From Patescibacteria group bacterium (GTDB taxonomy: Bacteria > Patescibacteriota > Microgenomatia > UBA8517): a stretch of DNA of 64,000 nt. A program made the position numbers and the translations under genes. The stretch is taken from positions 191,508 through 255,507 of the forward strand of contig DAITMO010000001.1 in the NCBI GenBank assembly GCA_036835125.1, read 5' to 3'. Positions 47,335 through 55,882 of this stretch are shown piece by piece; position 1 is the first letter of the stretch, and every line of letters starts with the position of its first letter. The notes under the pieces are model-generated. The model had not been told where the DNA came from and made no database searches. It saw only the letters and a list, made by a program, of their open reading frames with translations.

Positions 47335-47610
47335 ATGACAAAAGCAGAACTTCTTGATCAAGTTGCTAGGAAAGCTCATTTAACCAAAAAAGCTGCAGAG
47401 GAAGCAATAGATGTGTTTTTAGATGAGGTAGGAAGAGTACTTAGCAAAGGTGAAAAAGTAGTTCTTTCAGGTTTTGGAACTTTCAGGGTTATTTCAATGA
47501 AAGGAAAAACTGTTAAAATTCCAAAGACTGACAAGATGGTTTCAATTAAGGCTCACAGACTTCCAAGGTTTACTCCAGGAAAGAAATTAAAAAGACAAGT
47601 TTCCAGATAA
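47335..47610 (+). CDS. hup: DNA-binding protein HU.
   Basis: MTKAELLDQVARKAHLTKKAAEEAIDVFLDEV...SGFGTFRV...HRLPRFTPGKKLK. Confidence 0.85.
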   Translation: MTKAELLDQVARKAHLTKKAAEEAIDVFLDEVGRVLSKGEKVVLSGFGTFRVISMKGKTVKIPKTDKMVSIKAHRLPRFTPGKKLKRQVSR

Positions 47611-47667
47611 CATACTTCTTTCATTTTGTTTTTAGATTTTGAGTTTTCTCTAATGTATACTTGGGTT

Positions 47668-48645
47668 ATGGATAGGGCTATTATTGTTGATTCACTAGTT
47701 AAAAATTTTGAAATGGTGGTAAAAGAGCCAGGTCTTTTAGGCTCTTTTAAATCACTTATCTCTCCAAAAAAGAAAATAATACACGCATTAAAAGAAATCT
47801 CTTTTACCATTCAACCGGGAGAGTTGGTTGGGTTTATTGGTCCAAATGGAGCAGGTAAAACTACAACATTAAAGACACTCTCTGGACTTTTATATCCAAC
47901 AAGCGGTTTTGTAAGTGTTTTGGAATACGATCCTTGGGACAGGAGTCCAGAGTTTCTAAAACAAATTGCACTTGTCATGGGACAAAAAAATCAGCTTTGG
48001 TGGGATTTGCCTGCAATTGAAACGTTTGAACTCAATCGTGCAATATATGATATGCCGGCACGGACTTATGTAGAGAACTTAAAGGAACTTACAGATTTGT
48101 TAGAAATAGGCAAGCTTATGAACACTCCTGTTAGGAAACTTTCTTTAGGGCAACGTATGAGAATGGAGCTTGCAGCAGCTCTTCTTCATAGACCTAAGGT
48201 TTTATTTTTAGATGAACCTACAATTGGGTTGGATGTTATAGCACAAGCCAAGATTCGTGATTTTATATATGATTACAATACAAAATTTGGAGCAACTATA
48301 CTTCTAACTTCACATAATATGAACGATCTAACTAATCTTGCAAGGCGAGTGATTATTATTAGCAGTGGAAAAATTTTATATGATGGGGCTTTTGAGGAAC
48401 TAATAAATAAATATGCAAAAGAAAAATTAATTAAAGCAAGACTTATTAACGAAAACAATATTGCGGATCTTGAAAAAATTGGAAAGATAAAAAAACTTGC
48501 TTTTCCTGAAGTTGTAATTTCAGTACCGAGATCTGCTTCGGCGGTTGCTGCTGCAGAATTATTACAAAATTTTCCAGTTGATGATTTAACAATTGAGGAA
48601 ATTCCAGTTGAAGAAGTAATTAAAAAGGCGTTTGGTGAAAAGTAA
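47668..48645 (+). CDS. ABC transporter ATP-binding protein (ABC-2 type).
   Basis: Walker A GPNGAGKTT, signature LSLGQRMR, Walker B LLFLDEPTIGLD, H-loop SHNM. Confidence 0.8.
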   Translation: MDRAIIVDSLVKNFEMVVKEPGLLGSFKSLISPKKKIIHALKEISFTIQPGELVGFIGPNGAGKTTTLKTLSGLLYPTSGFVSVLEYDPWDRSPEFLKQIALVMGQKNQLWWDLPAIETFELNRAIYDMPARTYVENLKELTDLLEIGKLMNTPVRKLSLGQRMRMELAAALLHRPKVLFLDEPTIGLDVIAQAKIRDFIYDYNTKFGATILLTSHNMNDLTNLARRVIIISSGKILYDGAFEELINKYAKEKLIKARLINENNIADLEKIGKIKKLAFPEVVISVPRSASAVAAAELLQNFPVDDLTIEEIPVEEVIKKAFGEK

Positions 48646-48647
48646 CT

Positions 48648-49451
48648 ATGAGGAAGTATTTACAAATCTTCAAAATATCTTTTCAGGAAGAATTCGCTTA
48701 CAAATGGAATTTTATACTGTGGAGATTTAGAAACGTTCTTCAAATTATTCTAACTTACTTTTTATGGAGTACTGTTTATAGTGATCCTGGAAGATATATC
48801 TTTGGATATGATAGAGCAAGGATTCTAACATATATCTTTGGTGTGATGGTGGTTCGTGCTCTTGTTTTTTCTGCCAAGACGATGGATGTGGCTAACGATG
48901 TTGCAACGGGAGATCTTTCAAACTATTTACTAAAACCAATGAATTATTTTAAATATTGGATGACGCGTGATGTTGCAAGTAAAGTTTTGAATATTAGTTT
49001 TGCGATTTGTGAATTTGCAATTTTATTTTTCATTTTCAAACCTGAATTCTTTTTACAAACAAATCTGATAACACTTGGGGCATTTATTTTAAGCATAATA
49101 CTGGCAATACTCATTTATTTTTTGATACTTTTTCTATTAAGTTCAATTCCATTTTGGGTGCCAGAAATTGGGTGGGCATCACACTTTCTTGTAACAATAG
49201 TATTAACAGAGTCTCTATCTGGGGCGCTTTTCCCAATTAATATACTTCCCCAAACTATACAGGCAGTAGTATTAGCCACACCATTTCCATATTTGATTTA
49301 TTTTCCAATAGAAGTTTATTTGGGTAATATCACAGGTTTGTCTTTATTGGGAGGGCTTGGGGTGTCAATTGCATGGGTTGGAATTTTATGGATTACTCTA
49401 AAAATAGTTTGGCAAAAGGGATTAAAAGCATATCAAGCATTTGGAAGATGA
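48648..49451 (+). CDS. ABC-2 family permease.
   Basis: 6-TM profile directly after the ATPase. Confidence 0.6.
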   Translation: MRKYLQIFKISFQEEFAYKWNFILWRFRNVLQIILTYFLWSTVYSDPGRYIFGYDRARILTYIFGVMVVRALVFSAKTMDVANDVATGDLSNYLLKPMNYFKYWMTRDVASKVLNISFAICEFAILFFIFKPEFFLQTNLITLGAFILSIILAILIYFLILFLLSSIPFWVPEIGWASHFLVTIVLTESLSGALFPINILPQTIQAVVLATPFPYLIYFPIEVYLGNITGLSLLGGLGVSIAWVGILWITLKIVWQKGLKAYQAFGR

Positions 49452-50236
49452 AAAAGCTAAAAAAATATCTTAAGATTTGGTGGAAGATGAGTGCAAACTC
49501 TTTTTCAATAGTTTTAGGACAAAGAATCGCTCTTACCACTTTTTTAATTGGGAAGACATTTCGTTTTTTAATATTTTTTGGGTTCTTATTTTTTCTTCTT
49601 AAAGGAACTGGAAATCTATTAGGGTATACTTCTGATCAAATTATTTTCTTTTACCTATCTTTTAATTTAATTGATGTGATGGTTCAGTTTTTGTATAGGG
49701 AGGTTTATAGATTCCGTTCAATGATTATAAAAGGGGATTTTGATTTGGTACTGGTTAAACCAATAAGTGCCCTTTTTAGAGTATTGATGGGAGGAGCTGA
49801 CATAATTGATCTTATTACAATTCCGCCAGTAATAATTTTACTTATTATTTATGGAGCAAGACTTAATCCAAATTTTGTTGGGATCTTAGGATATTTAGCT
49901 CTTTTGTTTAACGGATTTTTGATTGCTACAGCATTTAGTATATCAATACTTGCTCTTGCAATTATCACTTTGGAAATTGATCACTCGATTATGATTTATA
50001 GAGATCTCACAAATTTAGGAAAGCTCCCTGTTGATATATATAAGGAACCTTTAAGGACAGTTATAACTTACTTAATACCTGTGGGGGTAGTTATGACACT
50101 ACCTGCTAAAACACTAATGGGAATGACTGGGTTTTGGGAAATTCTAGGGGCTTTTTTGGTTGGAATTATTAGTCTTATTTTAGCTTTTCGATTTTGGAAA
50201 CATGCTTTGACGAAGTACACTAGCGCAAGTAGTTAA
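49448..50236 (+). CDS. ABC-2 family permease, second subunit.
   Basis: ATGA overlap with the previous gene at ATG 49448. Multi-TM. Confidence 0.6.
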   Translation: MKKLKKYLKIWWKMSANSFSIVLGQRIALTTFLIGKTFRFLIFFGFLFFLLKGTGNLLGYTSDQIIFFYLSFNLIDVMVQFLYREVYRFRSMIIKGDFDLVLVKPISALFRVLMGGADIIDLITIPPVIILLIIYGARLNPNFVGILGYLALLFNGFLIATAFSISILALAIITLEIDHSIMIYRDLTNLGKLPVDIYKEPLRTVITYLIPVGVVMTLPAKTLMGMTGFWEILGAFLVGIISLILAFRFWKHALTKYTSASS

Positions 50237-50238
50237 AT

Positions 50239-51234
50239 ATGAACGAGAAAAGCTTGATTAATAAAAATCTAAAACTATTAGTTATTTGTGGTCCGACTGC
50301 AACAGGAAAAACTTCTTTAGCAATTAAACTTGCAAAAAAATTAAATGGGGAAATTGTTTCTGCTGATTCTCGCCAGGTCTATAAAGGGCTTGATATTGGG
50401 ACGGGAAAAGATTTGCCTAAGGGTGCAAAGATAAAATACCTTTGGATCAAAAAGTTTGGTTACTATGAAGTAGAAGGAGTTAAAATTTGGGGGTATGATT
50501 TGGCGGATCCCAGACATAGTTTTAGTGTTTCTCAATATTTGAAATTTGCTGATAGGGTAATAACTGACATACAAAAACGTGGGAAACTTCCAATTATTGT
50601 GGGTGGTACTGGTCTTTACATTAAAGGAATGATTGACGGAATCCCGACAGTGGAAATTCCTGTTAATTCTAAATTAAGAAAAAGTCTTGAAGAAAAAGGA
50701 GTTCACGAACTATATGAGCAGTTGGCACAGATAGATTCATTAAGGGCTGCAGAAATGAATTCTTCGGATCGGAAAAATCCAAGAAGGTTGATTAGAGCTT
50801 TGGAAATATCTATGTGGAAAGTAACTCATGGAGAAAAAGACAAAAAAACAGATAGAGTCATTTATGATGTTTTACAAATTGGATTAAAGGCAGAAAGTGA
50901 GTATATTTATGAAAAAATTGAAAGTAGAGTTACGACACGTTTCAAAGAAAAACTCAAAGATGAAATTGCGGGTCTTCTCAAAAATCACGTAGATTGGGAC
51001 ACGCAATCAATGAGTTCGATGGGCTATGGACAATGGAGGGATTTTTTTGAGGGAAAAAAGCCAGAAACTGAAATTATAAGAATATGGGAAAGTGAAGAAA
51101 AGAAATATGTTAAGCGTCAGATGATTTGGTTTAAGAAAGATAAACGAATAAATTGGTTTGACGTTAATGATACCAATTATCCCGAAAATGTGGAAATAAT
51201 GGTTCAAAAATGGCATAATACTACAAATGGTTAG
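50239..51234 (+). CDS. miaA: tRNA dimethylallyltransferase.
   Basis: LLVICGPTATGKTSLAIKLAKKLNGEIVSADSRQVYKGLDIGTGK. Confidence 0.85.
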   Translation: MNEKSLINKNLKLLVICGPTATGKTSLAIKLAKKLNGEIVSADSRQVYKGLDIGTGKDLPKGAKIKYLWIKKFGYYEVEGVKIWGYDLADPRHSFSVSQYLKFADRVITDIQKRGKLPIIVGGTGLYIKGMIDGIPTVEIPVNSKLRKSLEEKGVHELYEQLAQIDSLRAAEMNSSDRKNPRRLIRALEISMWKVTHGEKDKKTDRVIYDVLQIGLKAESEYIYEKIESRVTTRFKEKLKDEIAGLLKNHVDWDTQSMSSMGYGQWRDFFEGKKPETEIIRIWESEEKKYVKRQMIWFKKDKRINWFDVNDTNYPENVEIMVQKWHNTTNG

Positions 51235-52198
51235 AAAAATAGACATTTCTCATAAAACTGTAATATTTACAATTCTTATTCTTTTAGGACTTTGGTTTTT
51301 GTATTACATAAGAGGCATTATCATGATGCTTTTTGTTGCGTTCCTTCTTACAACAATTCTTAACCCTCTTGTTAATTTGATGGCAAAAATAAAATTGCGA
51401 AGGAGTATTTCTGTTGCTATTACTTTTGTACTGGTAATAGGAATACTTGGAGGATTGATTGCATTGATTGCACCAGTATTAGTTCAGGAAACAACTAATT
51501 TTGTTAATGCTCTTCCAGGATATTTAACCAATATTGGAATTGATGATTCTGCCACAAAAAATCTTATAGGGACTCTAGTTCAGCAAATAGGAGGAGTTCT
51601 TAATTTTACATTCTCAATATTCTCAAATGTATTTTCAGTAATAACAGTATTAGTATTTACTTTTTATCTTCTTTTGAGTTATCCAATGATTAAAGAACAG
51701 GCAGTGTCTTTACTTGGAGAGGAAAGGGGAAAAAGAATATTCGATCTTATTTCTTCAATTGAGGAGAGACTAGGAAAGTGGTCCAGAGGACAACTAATAT
51801 TAATGCTTTCAGTTGCTGTTGGTAATTATATTGGATATCTTCTTTTGGGGATACCATTTGCTCTACCTTTAGCTGTTTTGACAGGGATATTTGAAATAGT
51901 TCCAACACTAGGACCTATTATTTCTGCAGTTCCAGCTGTTTTAATTGGATTCGGAATTTCTCCACTTGTTGGTGTTGGGGCGGCTATTGTTGCTTTGATA
52001 GTAAATCAGCTTGAAAATTATATATTAGTTCCAAAAATAATGCAGAAATCTGCAGGTGTTTCACCTTTACTTGTACTTCTTTCTGTAGCTATTGGAGTAA
52101 AACTGGCTGGAGTAATGGGAGCATTAATTGCCGTTCCATTTGTTGTTACACTTCAAACAGTAATAAAGAAATATTACAGTGATAGTTTTGAAAAATAA
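51227..52198 (+). CDS. AI-2E family (PerM/YhhT-like) transporter.
   Basis: 8-TM profile; ...GIFEIVPTLGPIISAVPAVLIGF... Confidence 0.65.
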   Translation: MVRKIDISHKTVIFTILILLGLWFLYYIRGIIMMLFVAFLLTTILNPLVNLMAKIKLRRSISVAITFVLVIGILGGLIALIAPVLVQETTNFVNALPGYLTNIGIDDSATKNLIGTLVQQIGGVLNFTFSIFSNVFSVITVLVFTFYLLLSYPMIKEQAVSLLGEERGKRIFDLISSIEERLGKWSRGQLILMLSVAVGNYIGYLLLGIPFALPLAVLTGIFEIVPTLGPIISAVPAVLIGFGISPLVGVGAAIVALIVNQLENYILVPKIMQKSAGVSPLLVLLSVAIGVKLAGVMGALIAVPFVVTLQTVIKKYYSDSFEK

Positions 52199-52283
52199 TC
52201 GAAGATACTATTAAACTCAAAAAAACCTCCACCTAGCTTCAATAGCAAAACTATCTCAGTTCAGTGGAGATTTACTGTTGGGA

Positions 52284-52421
52284 TTACTTTTTTTTCTTAG
52301 CTGTTTTCTTAACTTTCTTAACGACCTTTTTTACTTTCTTTACAGCTTTCTTTACAGCTTTTTTAACAACTTTCTTGGCTGGTTTTTTGTGGACTACTTT
52401 TTTGGCAGTTTTCTTTTTCAT
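52284..52421 (-). CDS. 45-aa highly basic Lys/Ala/Val-repeat peptide (histone H1/Hc1-like tail composition); not in the ORF track.
   Basis: Own translation of the minus strand: MKKKTAKKVVHKKPAKKVVKKAVKKAVKKVKKVVKKVKKTAKKKK. Strong SD AGGGGGTGA 8 nt upstream; TTGACA-17-TAATCT promoter-like hexamers upstream. Confidence 0.4.
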   Translation of the reverse strand: MKKKTAKKVVHKKPAKKVVKKAVKKAVKKVKKVVKKVKKTAKKKK

Positions 52422-52501
52422 TTAAATCACCCCCTGACTATATACTAAATTGAGATTAGATTAATGAAAATTAAGTGTCAAGTGGATGAAATTAGTGACA
52501 C

Positions 52502-52530
52502 AAAAAATCCCGCAATTGCGGGATTTTTGT
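52502..52530 (-). terminator. Rho-independent terminator (perfect palindrome TCCCGCAATTGCGGGA flanked by A/T runs) immediately 3' of rnpB; bidirectional in form.
   Basis: caaaaaatcccgcaattgcgggatttttg read directly. Confidence 0.6.
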
Positions 52531-52850
52531 ACTCTGGAGATTAGTAAGCCAGGTTCTGTTTCTCGATAACCATCCATCTAAGCCCTCGAACCTTTGGACT
52601 CGGGAAAGCATCCTCAAGCGTCCATTTCGGAGGTTGCAGTTGATAAGGGTTGCCGCTTTTCACTCGTTTTTTTCTACCTTTAGGGTAAAAAAATCGACAT
52701 AGTCTCTGTGGTCCTATCTGGCCTATAAATTAAACTTGCGTTTTTTCTATAGTCTCTGATTTTCATCAGATATCATGCTTTCTACTGCCTGGACTTTCCT
52801 CCCACATCTTTTTTAGAGATAGGGCGATTATCCTTTCTCCAGAGTGAGGC
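52529..52850 (-). ncRNA. rnpB: RNase P RNA (bacterial type, reduced, ~320 nt) on the minus strand.
   Basis: Minus-strand reading contains GGGAGGAAAGTCCAGGC (P4 5' strand; consensus GAGGAAAGTCCGGGC) ~45 nt from the 5' end and ACAGAACCTGGCTTA (P4 3' strand; consensus ACAGAACCCGGCTTA) near the 3' end. 5' ACTCTGGAGA and 3' TCTCCAGAGT pair as P1. Terminator follows. Local GC is higher than the surroundings. Confidence 0.65.
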
Positions 52851-52884
52851 TATTATACCATTATTGAGTCAATTTTTCAGTTAA

Positions 52885-53604
52885 TTAGGAGACTAGTGTT
52901 CCAATGTTTTTACCTTGCAATATTTTTTCTAAATTATTTAAATTATTTATGTTAAAAACTATAATTGGCATGTTGTGTTTTTGGCACATTGCAAAAGAAG
53001 TTCCATCCATTACCCCTAAATGTTTTTCTAAAGCTTCTTGATAACAAAGTTTTTTATACAATTTTGCGTTTTTATTTTTTGATGGATCTTCAGTGTATAT
53101 TCCATCAACAATTGAAGCTTTTAAGATAACATCACAGTGAAGTTCAATTGATCTGAGAGCTGCACCTGAATCTGTTGTAAAAAAGGGGTGTCCTGTTCCT
53201 GCAGTTAATATAACAATTCTTCCTTTTTCTAAATGTCTTATGGCACGTCTCCTAATATATGGTTCAGCGACAGATTTTATTTCAAAAGCTGTCATCATGC
53301 GTGTGGGAGCTCCAAGTCTTTCGAGAGCTTCTTGAAGAGCTATACCATTAATAACAGTTGCAAGCATTCCCATATAATCTGCTGTTGCTTCATCAACCAG
53401 TGTTGCTCTTTCTCTGCCTCTAAAAATATTCCCTCCTCCAACAACTATTGCTAAGTCAATTTTTGTCTTTTTAATAATTTTTATTAATTGCAAAGCGATG
53501 CCCTCATAGGCTTTGAAGTTAATTCCTTTATCGTCTTTTTCTGCAAATAACTCACCAGTAAGTTTAAGAAGAACCCTTTTATATTTGAGTTTTTTATTTG
53601 CCAC
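52885..53604 (-). CDS. pyrH: UMP kinase.
   Basis: KRVLLKLTGELFAE...; VVGGGNIFRG. Confidence 0.9.
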   Translation of the reverse strand: MANKKLKYKRVLLKLTGELFAEKDDKGINFKAYEGIALQLIKIIKKTKIDLAIVVGGGNIFRGRERATLVDEATADYMGMLATVINGIALQEALERLGAPTRMMTAFEIKSVAEPYIRRRAIRHLEKGRIVILTAGTGHPFFTTDSGAALRSIELHCDVILKASIVDGIYTEDPSKNKNAKLYKKLCYQEALEKHLGVMDGTSFAMCQKHNMPIIVFNINNLNNLEKILQGKNIGTLVS

Positions 53605-53708
53605 TAGGGTATTTTAACACATAGTCAAATTTGTGGTAGTTAAAGATATAGAAGATATATTGATATATGTTTTCAAAATTAATAATTTAATTCTGTTAAA
53701 ATACAGAT

Positions 53709-54152
53709 ATGAAACTTGTAGTCCAAAGAGTTAGTAAAGCAAAAGTTACGGGGATTGAAAGTGGAAAGACTTTTGGAGAAATTGGTGATGGTCTTTTTGT
53801 CTTGGTGGGTTTTAAGAAAGGGGATACAGAAAAAGAAATTGATTATTTAGTAGAAAAGTTAGTTAAACTTCGAGTTATGAAAGATGGAGAAAAGAAAATG
53901 AACCTTTCAGTACTGGACACAAAAGGTGAAATTTTAGTTGTCTCACAATTTACTCTTTATGCTGATACAAAAGATGGAAATAGACCTAGCTTTATAAATG
54001 CAGAGGAACCGAATAAAGCCTGTGAATTATATGAATTGTTTATTAAAAAATTAAAAGAAATGGGAGTTAAAATTGAGACGGGAAGTTTTGGTGAATATAT
54101 GCAGATAGAAGCAGAACTTGATGGGCCTGTTACGATTCTATTATCAAATTAA
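53709..54152 (+). CDS. dtd: D-aminoacyl-tRNA deacylase.
   Basis: MKLVVQRVSKAKV...SQFTLYADTKDGNRPSF... Confidence 0.85.
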   Translation: MKLVVQRVSKAKVTGIESGKTFGEIGDGLFVLVGFKKGDTEKEIDYLVEKLVKLRVMKDGEKKMNLSVLDTKGEILVVSQFTLYADTKDGNRPSFINAEEPNKACELYELFIKKLKEMGVKIETGSFGEYMQIEAELDGPVTILLSN

Positions 54153-54812
54153 TTGATTTTGCTTCAAAAAATTCTTCAACTTTTTAATTGATCTGAATTG
54201 TCTTCCAATTGAAACTATATAGCGATTTGCATCGGTCCAATATTTTTTTGGAAGAACTTTTATTAGTTCCTTTTCTGTCTCATTGGGAGTTTTTGTATGT
54301 ACCCAACCTAATAAGTTTGAAATTCTATGTACATGGGTATCAACTGCGATGGCAGGTACTCCAAAGGCTCTATTTAGGACTAAATTTGCAGTTTTAATTC
54401 CAACTCCAGGTAGAGAAGTAAGATCATTTAAATTATTTGGGACTTTACCATCAAATCTTTTTATTATTATTTCTGACAATTCTTTTATATGTTTTGCTTT
54501 TGTTTTATAAAATCCAACAGAGTATATCAATTTTTCAATTTCCGATTGAGTTAATTTTGAAAGTGTTGGGAAGTTGGGTGCTTTATTAAATAGTTTTTTT
54601 GCAGATAGAAAAGTAGTGTTATCGTTTGTTCTCGAGGACATTAGGGTTGAAACGAGAGTTTTATATGGATTGTTTCCAAATACTTCTAAGGGAACTAATA
54701 CATAGTGTTTTTTGAAGACTTTAAAAACTTTTTCGAAGTTTTTCATTTTTCTTTCTAAACGCAAAAGGGGCCGGACGTACCGGTGCCCTTTTGTTTTAAG
54801 TTTATCCAACAA
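54144..54812 (-). CDS. HhH-GPD family DNA glycosylase (endonuclease III-like) without the C-terminal 4Fe-4S Cys cluster.
   Basis: HhH-GPD ...LTSLPGVGIKTANLVLNRAFGVPAIAVDTHVHRISN...; C-terminus has no CxnCxxCxnC. 9-nt convergent overlap with dtd. Confidence 0.7.
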   Translation of the reverse strand: MLDKLKTKGHRYVRPLLRLERKMKNFEKVFKVFKKHYVLVPLEVFGNNPYKTLVSTLMSSRTNDNTTFLSAKKLFNKAPNFPTLSKLTQSEIEKLIYSVGFYKTKAKHIKELSEIIIKRFDGKVPNNLNDLTSLPGVGIKTANLVLNRAFGVPAIAVDTHVHRISNLLGWVHTKTPNETEKELIKVLPKKYWTDANRYIVSIGRQFRSIKKLKNFLKQNQLI

Positions 54813-54818
54813 AGGAGA

Positions 54819-54953
54819 TTATTTACCTCCGATCTTGAACATGGTTGTGCCACAGACTTCACAAACAGCTTTTGTAGCTTTTTTACCATTTTTCATGGTA
54901 ACTTCTTGTGCATCTTTTCCTTCCCTTTTGGCACGACATTTAACGCAGTACAT
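54819..54953 (-). CDS. 44-aa zinc-ribbon peptide (CxxC-x24-CxxC); not in the ORF track.
   Basis: Own translation: MYCVKCRAKREGKDAQEVTMKNGKKATKAVCEVCGTTMFKIGGK. Strong SD AGGGGGTGAGG 8 nt upstream. Confidence 0.5.
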   Translation of the reverse strand: MYCVKCRAKREGKDAQEVTMKNGKKATKAVCEVCGTTMFKIGGK

Positions 54954-55008
54954 CAACGATTCCTCACCCCCTTTCCAGAACAGATATTTCTCATTTAAAC
55001 GGATTAAA

Positions 55009-55293
55009 TTATTTTATAAATTTTATCCAGGCTAAGTATACCACTAGCTCCAGGATTAGAATGAGGCTAATAATTATAAGACTTCTTACAATATCCTTTT
55101 TGGTATTAAGGCTAAATGCCTCTTGTGCCAAAGAATCGGCGTTTTTCCTGTGCCTAATTGAGGCTGAGGGTGCAATTGACGCAATTTTACTTTCCCTATT
55201 GACAGAGGTTTTTTTATTAGCTTCAGGTTGCCATGAAACTAAAAATCCATAATGTGGTTTTTCTTTCTCTTTGCGTGTTCTTTGTATAGCCAT
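55009..55293 (-). CDS. Small C-terminally membrane-anchored hypothetical protein (94 aa).
   Basis: C-terminal TM LIIISLILILELVVYLAWI. Weak overall. Confidence 0.3.
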   Translation of the reverse strand: MAIQRTRKEKEKPHYGFLVSWQPEANKKTSVNRESKIASIAPSASIRHRKNADSLAQEAFSLNTKKDIVRSLIIISLILILELVVYLAWIKFIK

Positions 55294-55396
55294 TTTTCCA
55301 ATTGTATGATGTAAGAAGCCAATTGTAAATTATTTTGGTTCTCCTTGACACCATCTACCCCAAATGTAAAAATGACTAAGTTTTAGTGCGAATCTA

Positions 55397-55855
55397 ATGC
55401 AAAATTTGAGTTTATATATATCAATATTTTTTGGTCTTTGGCTTATAATTTTAAGCTTTTTTTTATATCGTTTTTTTACTATATATAATAAATTAACAAA
55501 AGGGGTTGAGGTTGGGGACATAAAAAAGATATTAGAAAAGATACTTGCAGGTGGAGAAGAAAACACTAAAAGTATTAAGTCGATAATCAAAAGGGTTGAT
55601 AGCATTGAAGAAAAAAACAAAAGTCATATACAAAAAGTTGGACTCATTAGGTTTAATCCATTTAGTGAACTTGGTGGAGACCATAGTTTTTGTTTAGCAA
55701 TATTGGACGATAGGGATACTGGGGTAGTTATCACAGGACTTCATACAAGAGACAGAACTAGGGTGTATATGAAGGATATAAAGGGGGCAAAAAGCAATCT
55801 TGAGCTTTCAAATGAAGAAAAGAAGGCAATTCTTGTTGCACAAAAAGATAAATAA
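55397..55855 (+). CDS. N-terminally membrane-anchored hypothetical protein (DUF4446-like).
   Basis: N-terminal TM; ...IRFNPFSELGGDHSFCLAILDDRDTGVVITGLHTRDRTRVYMK... recalled as a DUF4446 signature. Confidence 0.4.
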   Translation: MQNLSLYISIFFGLWLIILSFFLYRFFTIYNKLTKGVEVGDIKKILEKILAGGEENTKSIKSIIKRVDSIEEKNKSHIQKVGLIRFNPFSELGGDHSFCLAILDDRDTGVVITGLHTRDRTRVYMKDIKGAKSNLELSNEEKKAILVAQKDK

Positions 55856-55882
55856 AAGTGATACAATAAAAAATACGTTTAT

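Noticed and set aside
54712-55035. 107-aa and 71-aa plus-strand ORFs.
   Set aside because: Antisense to the SD-led 44-aa zinc-ribbon gene and its promoter region. Cys/Phe-rich nonsense.
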